DNA of 64,000 nt from Candidatus Gastranaerophilaceae bacterium (lineage in GTDB: Bacteria; Cyanobacteriota; Vampirovibrionia; Gastranaerophilales; Gastranaerophilaceae), in NCBI GenBank assembly GCA_045616505.1, contig JAZLGV010000132.1:3245-67244 (forward strand), written 5' to 3'. Below are positions 27,996-37,559 of this stretch, in pieces (the stretch's first letter is position 1; each line of letters begins with the position of its first letter). Below the pieces are notes generated by a model. The model did no database searches. It was not told where the DNA came from and saw only the letters and a program-made list of their open reading frames with translations. The position numbers were made by a program, and so were the translations under genes.

Positions 27996-28826
27996 ATGGC
28001 AAAAAAAATAACTAAAAAATCTGAACCAAAAACAAATTCACAAAAATCAACACCAGTAGCATCAAAATCAACACAAGCAACAAAGGTGTTAGAACCAACA
28101 AAAAAAATAATAGCCAAGAATTTGATAAAAATTTATGGCGATAGAAGTGTTGTAAACGATGTTTCTTTTGAAGTTAATAAAGGCGAAGTTGTTTGTTTGC
28201 TAGGACCAAATGGTGCTGGTAAAACAACAACATTTTATATGGTAGTTGGTTTGGTGAAACCAAATAGTGGACAAATTTTCTTGAATGATGATGATATTTC
28301 GCTATGGCCAATGAATATAAGAGCAAAAGCTGGTGTAGGATATCTTCCTCAAGAAGCATCTATTTTTAGAAAATTGTCAGTAGAAGATAATATCAAACTG
28401 GTTCTTGAAATGAACGATAAACTTACTGTAAATGAAAAAGCTAAAAAATTAGAAGAATTGTTGGACGAATTCGGCGTAGCAAAATTAAGAAAAGCGTCTG
28501 CAGTTTCTCTATCAGGTGGTGAAAGAAGACGCGTAGAACTTGCAAGAGCATTAGCTGCTAGTCCTGATTTTATTTTGTTAGACGAACCATTTACAGGTAT
28601 TGACCCTATCGCTATCGGAGAAATTAAAGATAATATTAAAAAATTGTCTTCTGATAAAGGCTTGGGTGTTTTAATTACAGACCACAATCCAAAGGCAACT
28701 TTGTCAATTACAGATAGAGCATACGTAATTTTTGACGGTAAAATAAAAATTCAAGGTAAAAGTTCTGATGTTGCAGTTGATCCTGTTGCAAAAGAATTCT
28801 ATTTAGGAAAGGATTTCAAATTATAA
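27996..28826 (+). CDS. lptB: LPS export ABC transporter ATP-binding protein
   Basis: It has Walker A GPNGAGKTT, signature LSGGERRR and Walker B ILLDEP. An LptF/G permease gene follows directly. It carries a 40-aa K/S/T-rich N-terminal extension. Confidence 0.9.
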   Translation: MAKKITKKSEPKTNSQKSTPVASKSTQATKVLEPTKKIIAKNLIKIYGDRSVVNDVSFEVNKGEVVCLLGPNGAGKTTTFYMVVGLVKPNSGQIFLNDDDISLWPMNIRAKAGVGYLPQEASIFRKLSVEDNIKLVLEMNDKLTVNEKAKKLEELLDEFGVAKLRKASAVSLSGGERRRVELARALAASPDFILLDEPFTGIDPIAIGEIKDNIKKLSSDKGLGVLITDHNPKATLSITDRAYVIFDGKIKIQGKSSDVAVDPVAKEFYLGKDFKL

Positions 28827-29938
28827 TGGAATTTCTTTCAAAGATAAAAATTTATGATAAATATATCTTTAAACAAGTTGTAGCATCAACATTTGGTGCT
28901 GTATTTTTGTTTACTGTTATTTGGATTGCTCCTGAAATGTTGCTGAATGTTATTCGTGCAGTTATGGAAGGTGAATATTCCGTAAAAACTGGGCTTTTGG
29001 TTATTGCTTATGAATTACCAAATATTTTAGGAAAAGGGCTTCCTGTCGGTTTGTTATTAGGTTCTTTATTTACATTTGATAAATTGAGTAAAGATTCTGA
29101 ATTAACAATTTTTAGAGCAACAGGTTTGTCTTTTAAAAGAATTATTGCTCCTGTTTTGGCTTTCAGTATGTTGGTTACTGTTTTTTGTTTTGTAATGTAT
29201 GATCAATTAATTCCATATTCTTCTAATAAATTAAAAATAATCAAAAAAGAAAATTGGTATTCTCAATATATTTACACACAAAAAGATGATGCTGGAAAAC
29301 CAACTCAAACGGTTATTTCAACATTTAATAAAGACAATATAATTGATGTAATAGTGCTTGATTTTTCTAATAAAAAATATAAAGATTTACATGCACTTTC
29401 AAAAATTTATAGAGCAAATCGTGCAATCGTTAAAAAAGATAATTGGCAATTGAACGATGTTACTGTTTATGAAATAACAGAAAACGGAATTTTTGAAAAT
29501 ATTGCTTATAAAAAGAAAGTAGATATTTTAGCGGGCGAATCTGGTAAAAATGCTTATAAATTAATGACCTATTCTGAAAAAAGGGATAGAGAAATGTCAA
29601 ATACTGATTTGTTATCTTATTTGCTGTTATTGAAGAAAGAAGGTCTTGAAGAAGAACATAATTTAATGTTGAATAAATTTTATCAAAGATTTGCTCATCC
29701 ATTTGTTTGTATTTTGTTAGCGATAATGGGTTGTTTGCTTGGTTTTAGTAAACCAAGAGAACAAAGACTTATTGGATTTACAATAGCAATTGGTGCAATT
29801 TTCTTGTATTATATAACATTGCCATTTTTTGATTTGTTGGCTGAAAAAGGAGTTTTACCTCCATTTATAACGGCTTTGACTTCGCCTGTTTTCTTTGCGG
29901 CTTGTATTTATTGGTTTTATAAATCAAAGGATTTGTAA
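28826..29938 (+). CDS. LptF/LptG-family (YjgP/YjgQ) permease
   Basis: It has three TM segments, a large periplasmic domain, then three more TM segments. Its start forms a TAATG overlap with the lptB stop. Confidence 0.85.
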   Translation: MEFLSKIKIYDKYIFKQVVASTFGAVFLFTVIWIAPEMLLNVIRAVMEGEYSVKTGLLVIAYELPNILGKGLPVGLLLGSLFTFDKLSKDSELTIFRATGLSFKRIIAPVLAFSMLVTVFCFVMYDQLIPYSSNKLKIIKKENWYSQYIYTQKDDAGKPTQTVISTFNKDNIIDVIVLDFSNKKYKDLHALSKIYRANRAIVKKDNWQLNDVTVYEITENGIFENIAYKKKVDILAGESGKNAYKLMTYSEKRDREMSNTDLLSYLLLLKKEGLEEEHNLMLNKFYQRFAHPFVCILLAIMGCLLGFSKPREQRLIGFTIAIGAIFLYYITLPFFDLLAEKGVLPPFITALTSPVFFAACIYWFYKSKDL

Positions 29939-29941
29939 TTA

Positions 29942-30742
29942 ATGAAAAAATTTGGAATTGTTTTAACATTAACACTAATAATGCTTGTTTCTTGTGCTTG
30001 TGTTTTTTCGCCCATAAAACTTGATTATAATGATGGTGTTTATCATGTTGTGTTAGATGGAAAATATTTTGCAAAGAAAATACATTTTGTTGCAAGCGAA
30101 AGTCTTATTTCAAATGAAGAAGCACATAAAAAATATAAATCTAAATTAACAATGAATACAGGGTTTTTCGACCCTAAAAATCAAAAGACAATTTCTTATA
30201 TAGTAGAAGGGCAAAGTGACACAGCAGTTGATCCGTTATTAAATGAAAATTTATTAGAAAATCCGATATTAAGACAAAATTTGGATAAAATTATAAATAG
30301 AACAGAATTTAGGGTTGTTGAATGTGATAACAAATATCGTTATGAAATAGTTCCGCATAAAACTCCAGTTGAGTTTGGTTGTTCAATTCAAACTTCTGCG
30401 CAAGGTGGCCCAGAAATATTACCAGAATTGCGTATGGAAGAAGAATTTTTTGTTGTAAGAGATGAACAAGGTAATGTTATAAGAGAATCAATTTCGGCAT
30501 TACATAGATGTGCAAGAACAATAATTGGTTTAAAAGACGGAAATGTTCATCTTTTAATATTTACAAATTCTCATCCTTTAACCTTGCCAGAAGTAAAAAC
30601 ATATTGTGAAAATTTAGGTTTAGAGCGTGCAATGGGTTTTGATGGTGGAAGTTCTACATCTTTTATTTATAAAGATATAAATGTTACTTCTACAAAAAGT
30701 GTTGCAGGTCGTAAGTTAAAATCTTTTATGATAATTAAATAA
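29942..30742 (+). CDS. phosphodiester glycosidase family lipoprotein (NAGPA/DUF2233-like)
   Basis: It has a lipoprotein signal (LIMLVSCA), NTGFFD and the RTIIGLKDG...LGLERAMGFDGGSSTS motifs. Confidence 0.75.
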   Translation: MKKFGIVLTLTLIMLVSCACVFSPIKLDYNDGVYHVVLDGKYFAKKIHFVASESLISNEEAHKKYKSKLTMNTGFFDPKNQKTISYIVEGQSDTAVDPLLNENLLENPILRQNLDKIINRTEFRVVECDNKYRYEIVPHKTPVEFGCSIQTSAQGGPEILPELRMEEEFFVVRDEQGNVIRESISALHRCARTIIGLKDGNVHLLIFTNSHPLTLPEVKTYCENLGLERAMGFDGGSSTSFIYKDINVTSTKSVAGRKLKSFMIIK

Positions 30743-30768
30743 GTTTATTTGGTTAAGTTTTGTAAAAT

Positions 30769-30903
30769 AGTAATATGATTTGGTCAATTTTTAACTTTGA
30801 GGTTCATTAAAAAAGCATAAGATAAATTGATTAAAATTAAATTACAATATACCAAATAAACCAAAAAATAACCAACCTTGACCTCCACAGAGGTCTTTTT
30901 TTT
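30769..30903 (+). ncRNA. candidate small RNA, or a long 3' UTR of the phosphodiester glycosidase gene
   Basis: A TTGTAAAAT promoter-like motif at 30760-30768 is followed about 110 nt later by a strong terminator. The body contains ACCAAATAAACCAAAAAATAACCAACC. Confidence 0.25.
30880..30903 (+). terminator. rho-independent terminator
   Basis: The stem GACCTC / GAGGTC has a 4-nt loop and is followed by a run of nine T. Confidence 0.75.
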
Positions 30904-30911
30904 GCGTTATT

Positions 30912-32324
30912 TTATTTGTTTGGGTTAGTCATATTAGATTTTTTCATTCTATTAAGTCTAGCTTTATTTTTGGCTTTGTTCCACATAAAGTAAACTGGTA
31001 AACCCGCAACTGTGATTAGTAAACCAGGTAATGTGTATGTAGGTTTAAATACAGCTAAACAACCAATAATGTATGTTGCAATTACAATAAATGTTATTGC
31101 ATAGAAACTTTTTATTCTTAATTTTTGTTCTTCTTTTGGGAATTTTTTTCTGTAAATGAAAATACCAATCATTGTGATTACATAGAAAATTAAAGAAGCG
31201 AAAATTACAAAATCAAGTAGTTGTGTGTAATTTCCCCATAAAATTAACAATGCAATCCAAGCACATTGGAACCACAAAGAATTAACGGGTACTTTTGTTT
31301 TTCTGTTTATTATTGCTAAAAATCTAAAGAATAGTTTGTCTTTTGCCATTTTGTAATAAACTCTAGCACCTGCTAAAACCATACCATTTGCAGCTCCAAA
31401 AGCTGAAATCATAATGATAACTGCAATAATTTTTTTACCGATTGTTCCAAACATTTCACCAATAGAAACGGCTGCAACGATATCTCCAGGAGCATTTTGA
31501 ATTGCAGAAATTGGAGTTGATACAACATAAATAATATTAACTAAAATGTATAGTAGAATAACTGCACCTACACCAATTTTTAGAGCTTTTTTAACATTTT
31601 TTTCAGGTTCTTTGATTTCACCTGCAACGAATGTAATGTTGTTCCAACTTATTGACGCAAATAAAGCTCCAACTGTTGCTGTTGATATTTTTGCTATATC
31701 AGACATGTGAAAAGTTATTGTAGATGGTGCAAAGTTTGCTGTAATAATATCCCAGTTCATTCCAAAGAATATACCGCAGAAGATTATTCCGATGATACCT
31801 AAAACTTTTGTAACTGTGAAAATGTTTTGTGTAATAATACCGGCTTCAACACCACGAGAATTGATGTATGTAAGAACAAAAATAGTGATTATACCGAATA
31901 ATTGTTGATATGATAAATGTAATGCTCCATATTGGAATATCATATTGCCGTCTGCTAAAAATGGAATAAGCAAGCTGGCAAATTTGATAAATGCAACACA
32001 AATTGCGGCAATTGTACCTGATTGAATAACTAAAAATGTTGTCCAACCGAATAAAAATGCCAATTTGTCGTTGAAGATTTTTTTCAAGTACATGTATTGA
32101 CCACCTTCATCAGGGATGTTAGTGGCAAGTTCTCCATAAGCAACAGCACCGCAGTATGATACGAAACCTGCTAAAATCCAAACTAAAAGTAGTAAAAAAG
32201 CACTTCCAACTTGTCTTGAAATGTCAGCAGATACTAAAAATATTCCACTACCAATCATTGAACCTGCAACTATTGAAATAGAGTCAGGTAAGGTTAATGT
32301 CCTTTTTAAATCGTTATCACACAT
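30912..32324 (-). CDS. APC-superfamily amino acid permease
   Basis: It has 12 TM segments and the GSGIF motif near TM1. ATG 32324 is preceded by GAGAGGA at 8 nt spacing, and the track start 32375 adds 17 aa. Confidence 0.85.
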   Translation of the reverse strand: MCDNDLKRTLTLPDSISIVAGSMIGSGIFLVSADISRQVGSAFLLLLVWILAGFVSYCGAVAYGELATNIPDEGGQYMYLKKIFNDKLAFLFGWTTFLVIQSGTIAAICVAFIKFASLLIPFLADGNMIFQYGALHLSYQQLFGIITIFVLTYINSRGVEAGIITQNIFTVTKVLGIIGIIFCGIFFGMNWDIITANFAPSTITFHMSDIAKISTATVGALFASISWNNITFVAGEIKEPEKNVKKALKIGVGAVILLYILVNIIYVVSTPISAIQNAPGDIVAAVSIGEMFGTIGKKIIAVIIMISAFGAANGMVLAGARVYYKMAKDKLFFRFLAIINRKTKVPVNSLWFQCAWIALLILWGNYTQLLDFVIFASLIFYVITMIGIFIYRKKFPKEEQKLRIKSFYAITFIVIATYIIGCLAVFKPTYTLPGLLITVAGLPVYFMWNKAKNKARLNRMKKSNMTNPNK

Positions 32325-32431
32325 TCGGCAAAATCCTCTCGTATTTATCAAAAGCGATAAAGTAAACTGTCGCATGCATATTTCAACTGTGAAAAAAATA
32401 ATGCTATTTAAGCATGCTAGTAAAGTTTAAC

Positions 32432-32469
32432 CTAAAAAAAAATTATTGTAAATAAAACGTAACAATAAT
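32432..32469 (-). terminator. probable terminator after the usp gene
   Basis: The stem ATTATTGT / ACAATAAT has a 12-nt loop and is followed by a T run on the minus strand. Confidence 0.5.
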
Positions 32470-32473
32470 TTTA

Positions 32474-33337
32474 CTATAAAGGTTGTTTATTAACGACTAA
32501 AACATCACAAGTTACATTTTCAATTACTCTTTTGCTAACAGAGCCAATTAATAATTTAGAAAGGTTATTTTTTGATTGTGCGCCAAGTACGATTAAATCA
32601 ATGTTTTCAGACTTACAAAAATTTATTATTTCATAAGCCGGATTTCCTGTTAGTATAACTTCTTGGTTTATTTTTATTTTATCGTCGAAAAGGTTTTTAA
32701 GTTTGTTTAAAGATTTTATCGCATGTATTTTTTGTGCTTTTTCAATAGAGTCAAGCCAATTTTTATCCAAAGAAATGTCGTAAGGTAAAAAATCGTTTTT
32801 TTCAATTACTGTAAGAATGTAAATTTCTTTGCCGGTTGTGTCAAAGTGGTCAAGAAAAATTTTTGCAGCATGTAATGATGTGTGTGAACCATCTGTTGTA
32901 ATTAGAATTTTTTTGCTAGAAGTTTCTTTTTTGCTTACAAAACAAGCAGTTGGAGAATTTGCAATGATTTGTCTTGAAACTGAACCTAACCATTTTTCTA
33001 TTCCTTTTTTTCCGTTGCTACCAAAAACAACCAAATCATAATCGCTGCTTGAAATTTGTTCAAGTATCATATCGCTTGCAGCGCCTAAAGATTTAATTTT
33101 ATTTGTTACAGTAAAATTTAATTCTTGTACTTTTTTTTCTGCAAAAATAAGTACGCTTTCTGCTATATTTTCATAAATTTGTGAATAATTAGAGGTGTCA
33201 ATATTCATTGATATTGGCAAAAAATTCCAATCAATAACACAAATAATATCAACATTTGCGTGTTTTGTATATGCAGATAAATTTTTTATTGAATTAAAGC
33301 TGATTTCAGAGCCATCTGTGCAAAATAAAATGTTCAT
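32474..33337 (-). CDS. tandem universal stress protein (2x Usp domain)
   Basis: It has two Usp-like halves, each ending with G..G......LGSVS...V......PVLVV-type motifs (VVFGSNGKKGIEKWLGSVSRQI; IVLGAQSKNNLSKLLIGSVSKRVIENVTCDVLVV). Confidence 0.8.
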   Translation of the reverse strand: MNILFCTDGSEISFNSIKNLSAYTKHANVDIICVIDWNFLPISMNIDTSNYSQIYENIAESVLIFAEKKVQELNFTVTNKIKSLGAASDMILEQISSSDYDLVVFGSNGKKGIEKWLGSVSRQIIANSPTACFVSKKETSSKKILITTDGSHTSLHAAKIFLDHFDTTGKEIYILTVIEKNDFLPYDISLDKNWLDSIEKAQKIHAIKSLNKLKNLFDDKIKINQEVILTGNPAYEIINFCKSENIDLIVLGAQSKNNLSKLLIGSVSKRVIENVTCDVLVVNKQPL

Positions 33338-33461
33338 TTTTCCCTCAAAATTATTTTTAGTGATAATTTATTGATAACAAACATTAAAAAAAATAACATT
33401 GTCTAATAATCTAAATTTTTTTGCTATAATATAACTTGAATATTAGTTTTATGGATTTAGC

Positions 33462-34049
33462 ATGCAATCAAAATTAGAAATTAATCTTCGTGAATATAAA
33501 GAATTGATAGAAACTATTGCAAAAGTAGAGTATCAAAAGCTTTCTGTGGGTCACATGGTAGAGTATTTGGAATTGGTAAATATCGGTACTCAAACTTTGT
33601 ATAATCTTTTTAAGGATTCTGACGTTTCACAATTTAATAATTCTTATCTTTCAACTGCTATAAAATGGGCGATAAGAAACGAAATCAGACGCAGATATAA
33701 ATGGTATTCTTATAGAAATCAACCTTCAGCAGAAGACCATGAAGATTTAAGAGCAGCAGTTTATAAAACAATTTTATCAATCGACGAAATGGCTGAGGCT
33801 GAAACCCCTACTCAAATAAAAGATTCTTGTAAAACTCCTGAAGAAATATTAGAGTTTGTAGAACTTAAATCTGAGGTGACTGAAGCAATAAAAAAATTAC
33901 CACAAAGAGAAAGAGAACTTATCGAAAGTAAATTCTTTAAAGATAAAAAATTGAAAGATCTTTCTGTTGAATTTAATCTTTCTCAATCAAGGGTTTCAAG
34001 AATTATACAAGCAGGGTTGAATAAAATAAAAAAAGAACTTAATGGGTAA
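33462..34049 (+). CDS. sigma-70 family RNA polymerase sigma factor (group 3, FliA/SigD-like)
   Basis: The region 2-like segment is YLSTAIKWAIRNEIRR. The region 4 HTH is LPQRERELIESKFFKDKKLKDLSVEFNLSQSRVSRIIQAGLNKIKK. Confidence 0.75.
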   Translation: MQSKLEINLREYKELIETIAKVEYQKLSVGHMVEYLELVNIGTQTLYNLFKDSDVSQFNNSYLSTAIKWAIRNEIRRRYKWYSYRNQPSAEDHEDLRAAVYKTILSIDEMAEAETPTQIKDSCKTPEEILEFVELKSEVTEAIKKLPQRERELIESKFFKDKKLKDLSVEFNLSQSRVSRIIQAGLNKIKKELNG

Positions 34050-34061
34050 ATAGAGGATTAT

Positions 34062-35495
34062 ATGACAAAATTAATTTTTGAAAAAAGTAATGGTGTAGAT
34101 GGGATAAACATTACTGATGGGGATGTGGAACTTAATTGTATCGATAAAAAATTTCAAAGAAATAAATCGTTAAATCTTCCACAAATGTCAGAACTTGAAG
34201 TTTTAAGACATTATAAAGAACTTTCAGACAAAAACTTTTGCATAGAAAAGGGTTTTTATCCTTTAGGCTCTTGCACGATGAAATATAATCCCAAAGTGAA
34301 TGAAATGTTAGCTTCTCTTGATGGTTTCACTGAACTTCATCCATTGAATGAAGATAGTGATTGTCAGGGTTCTATTGAACTTATGTATAAACTTCAAGAA
34401 GCTTTGAAAGTTATAACAGGAATGGATGCGATTTCTTTGCAACCTGCTGCAGGTGCACATGGTGAACTTTCAGGCATGATGGTTATAAAAAAATATTTTG
34501 AAGTTAATGGTGAATTAACAAGAAAAAAAGTTATTATTCCTGATTCAGCACACGGTACAAATCCAGCAAGTGCAAGTATGTGTGGTTTTGAAATTGTAGA
34601 AGTTAAATCAAACGAAAAAGGTTTGGTTGATGTAGAATCTTTGAAATCTGTTTTGGATAAAGATGTTGCTGCTATTATGATGACAAACCCAAATACATTA
34701 GGACTTTTTGAAGAAAATATTTTAGAAATTTCAAAATTAATGCACGATAACGGCTCTTTGTTATATTATGACGGAGCTAATTTTAATGCAATTATGGGTT
34801 ATACAAATCCAAAATTGATGGGATTTGATGTTGTGCATTTGAATTTGCATAAAACATTCTCAACTCCACACGGTGGTGGCGGCCCAGGTGCAGGCCCAAT
34901 CGGTGTTGTTGAAAAATTAAAAGATTATTTGCCTGTTCCTGTTGCTGATTTTGACGGCGAAAAATATTTTATGAGCTATGATTTTAAACATTCAATAGGA
35001 AAAGTTAGAAATTTTTATGGCAATTTTGGTGTTTTGGTCAGAGCTTATGCATATATTTTAATGCTTGGTAAAAATTTGAAAAAAGTAAGCGAAGATGCAG
35101 TTTTAAACGCAAATTATTTGAAAGAAAAATTAAAAGGCAGATATGATTTACCTTATGATTATCCTTGTATGCATGAATTTGTTCTTTCAGGTGAAAGACA
35201 AAAAGAACAAGGTGTTTCAACTCTTTGGATTGCAAAAAGATTGATGGATGAAAATACTCATCCACCAACAGTTTATTTCCCATTGATTGTTCATGAAGCA
35301 TTGATGATTGAACCAACTGAGTCTGAAAATAAAGAAAGATTAGATGAGTATGTTTCTGTTATGATTAAAATAGCAGATGAGATTGAACGTGATTCATCAA
35401 TAGCGTTAAATTCTCCTATGACTGCTCCAGTTAAAAAGATTGATGAAACTTTAGCCGCTAGAAAAACTGATTTGAGATATAAAAATGAAGAATAA
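34062..35495 (+). CDS. gcvPB: glycine dehydrogenase (aminomethyl-transferring) subunit 2
   Basis: It has SELEVLRHY and the PLP-lysine region HLNLHKTFSTPHGGGGPGAGP. Confidence 0.95.
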   Translation: MTKLIFEKSNGVDGINITDGDVELNCIDKKFQRNKSLNLPQMSELEVLRHYKELSDKNFCIEKGFYPLGSCTMKYNPKVNEMLASLDGFTELHPLNEDSDCQGSIELMYKLQEALKVITGMDAISLQPAAGAHGELSGMMVIKKYFEVNGELTRKKVIIPDSAHGTNPASASMCGFEIVEVKSNEKGLVDVESLKSVLDKDVAAIMMTNPNTLGLFEENILEISKLMHDNGSLLYYDGANFNAIMGYTNPKLMGFDVVHLNLHKTFSTPHGGGGPGAGPIGVVEKLKDYLPVPVADFDGEKYFMSYDFKHSIGKVRNFYGNFGVLVRAYAYILMLGKNLKKVSEDAVLNANYLKEKLKGRYDLPYDYPCMHEFVLSGERQKEQGVSTLWIAKRLMDENTHPPTVYFPLIVHEALMIEPTESENKERLDEYVSVMIKIADEIERDSSIALNSPMTAPVKKIDETLAARKTDLRYKNEE

Positions 35496-36639
35496 TAAAA
35501 AAGAAACAGAAAAAAAAATAAAAGTAGCATTTCCTCACATGGGAACAATTTCTATCGCTTGGGCGTTAGCATTAAAAAGAATAGGTATAGAACCTTTTAT
35601 TCCGCCATATACGAATAAAAGAACTCTTTCTTTGGGTACAAAAAATTCACCCGAAGCTATTTGTCTTCCATACAAATTGATTTTAGGAAATTTTATTGAA
35701 GCTATTGAAGGCGGTGCAGATTATGTTGCAATGATTACCTCTCCAGGGATTTGCAGACTTGGCGAATATGGTAATAATATTCAAAAAACTTTGGAAGATT
35801 TAGGCTATGAAGCAAACTATATTGAATTATCTTTGTATGATGGTATAAAAGGTTTGATTGACTTTTTAAAAAGATTAACTGGTCATAAAAATTATATTAT
35901 GATTACAAAATCAATAAATATGGTAATTCAAGCTATTTTTGCACTTGATGAAATGGAAACAACTCTTTCATATTATCGTGCAAGAGAAATTAAATTCGGT
36001 GAAGCAGAAAGAAGATTTAAAAAAGGTTTGAAATTGATTGAATCTTCAAATAATTCAAGAGAATTAAAAAAGAATAAAAAATTAGCAATTGAAGAAATTA
36101 AAAAAACAAAAATAGACAAAGATAGAGATGTTTTGCATGTTGATTTAACAGGCGAAATATTTGTTGTTTTGGATTATTTCTCAAATCAAAATATCGAAAG
36201 AGAATTAGGAAAAATGGGCGTAGAAACAAGAAGAAGCCTTACTGTTGGTGGTTTTCTGCGTGATGCCATTATTCCAAAGATTTTGAAAAAAGGTGAAACT
36301 CATTTAGAAAGAGCATTTAGAATGGCAAAACCTTATCTTATGAGAGATATTGGTGGTGATTCTTTAGAATGTGTGTCTGATGTTGCTTATGCAGAACAAA
36401 AAGGAAAAGATGGTATTATCCATATAAGTCCGTTTACTTGTATGCCTGAAATTATGTCGCAAAATATATTTCCAAAAATGAGAGAAAATTGTAATATTCC
36501 ACTTCTTAGTCTGATTATGGATGAACAAACAGGTAAAGCAGGTTATATAACAAGATTGGAAGCATTTGTAGATTTGATGCGTAGAAAAAAAAGAAAAGAA
36601 GAAGCAGAAAAGAAAAAATTAGCAAAAACTTCTAAATAG
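35485..36639 (+). CDS. acyl-CoA dehydratase activase-related protein (DUF2229-like)
   Basis: The N-terminus is KVAFPHMGTISIAWALALKRIGIEPF, and SPEAICLPYKLILGN and SPFTCMPE motifs are present. It overlaps gcvPB by 11 nt. Confidence 0.65.
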   Translation: MKNNKKETEKKIKVAFPHMGTISIAWALALKRIGIEPFIPPYTNKRTLSLGTKNSPEAICLPYKLILGNFIEAIEGGADYVAMITSPGICRLGEYGNNIQKTLEDLGYEANYIELSLYDGIKGLIDFLKRLTGHKNYIMITKSINMVIQAIFALDEMETTLSYYRAREIKFGEAERRFKKGLKLIESSNNSRELKKNKKLAIEEIKKTKIDKDRDVLHVDLTGEIFVVLDYFSNQNIERELGKMGVETRRSLTVGGFLRDAIIPKILKKGETHLERAFRMAKPYLMRDIGGDSLECVSDVAYAEQKGKDGIIHISPFTCMPEIMSQNIFPKMRENCNIPLLSLIMDEQTGKAGYITRLEAFVDLMRRKKRKEEAEKKKLAKTSK

Positions 36640-36647
36640 GTGATAAT

Positions 36648-37559
36648 ATGATTAAATATTTTAAAAAGGCTTTTCAAATTACAAATGAAAATTTGGTTTT
36701 AACTGTGCCTTTTATTCTTTTTTTATTAACAATATTGATTTATGTTGGGTTAGCTCATACGTTGATAAGAAGTTTTGCTACGTTGTTGATTTATTTAGCA
36801 ACAATTTTTGCAATGATAGTTGCATTTCTTGCAGGTTGGCTTTATATGGTGCAACAAGCTATTGAGCTTGATAAAATTGATATTCCAATTGAAGATAAAT
36901 CAAAAGCATCAATGGATTTATTAAGAGTTTTTCCTTCTGGTGTGGGTGAATATTTTTTATCTTTCGCTGGTGGTGTTATTTTTTATGTGTTTTTAGCAAT
37001 TGTAATTACTATTGTGGTTTATGGGATAGGTATTCATTTTATTGGAAAAATGGATTTTTCTTTATCTGATTATTCGGCAGCATTAAAAAATACTCAAAAT
37101 ATGAAAGCATTTCTTCATTCTATGTCAAGAGCTGATATGGTAAAACTTAATTGCTGGCATGTTTTGGTTTTTGCAGCATCAACTGTATTTTCTTTTTTAA
37201 CAACATTTTGGACATGTGCAGTAATTAACAAGAATAAAAATCCTTTTTATGCTCTTTGGGTATCTCAAAAATTTATTTTCAAGAATTTCTTGAATGTTGT
37301 AATTTTTTATATACTTATAAATTCTATTTATTTTGTAGTTTCTACAGCAAATTCAATTTCCGCAATAAATCCGATATTATCATTTGTCGCAACAATTGCG
37401 TATTTTTATATTTTTGTATATTTAGTTGTGTTAGTATATCTATATTACGATAGTGAAAAATTAGAAAATACAACTATATTAAAAGAGCAAGAAATTGAAC
37501 AAAAACCCGAAACAGAAAATAATAGCGATAGTGGGTCCGACAGCATCGGGCAAGACTAA
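36648..37559 (+). CDS. hypothetical polytopic membrane protein
   Basis: It is 303 aa with at least six hydrophobic segments and an acidic Ser-rich tail. The SD AGGTGA lies upstream. Confidence 0.5.
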   Translation: MIKYFKKAFQITNENLVLTVPFILFLLTILIYVGLAHTLIRSFATLLIYLATIFAMIVAFLAGWLYMVQQAIELDKIDIPIEDKSKASMDLLRVFPSGVGEYFLSFAGGVIFYVFLAIVITIVVYGIGIHFIGKMDFSLSDYSAALKNTQNMKAFLHSMSRADMVKLNCWHVLVFAASTVFSFLTTFWTCAVINKNKNPFYALWVSQKFIFKNFLNVVIFYILINSIYFVVSTANSISAINPILSFVATIAYFYIFVYLVVLVYLYYDSEKLENTTILKEQEIEQKPETENNSDSGSDSIGQD

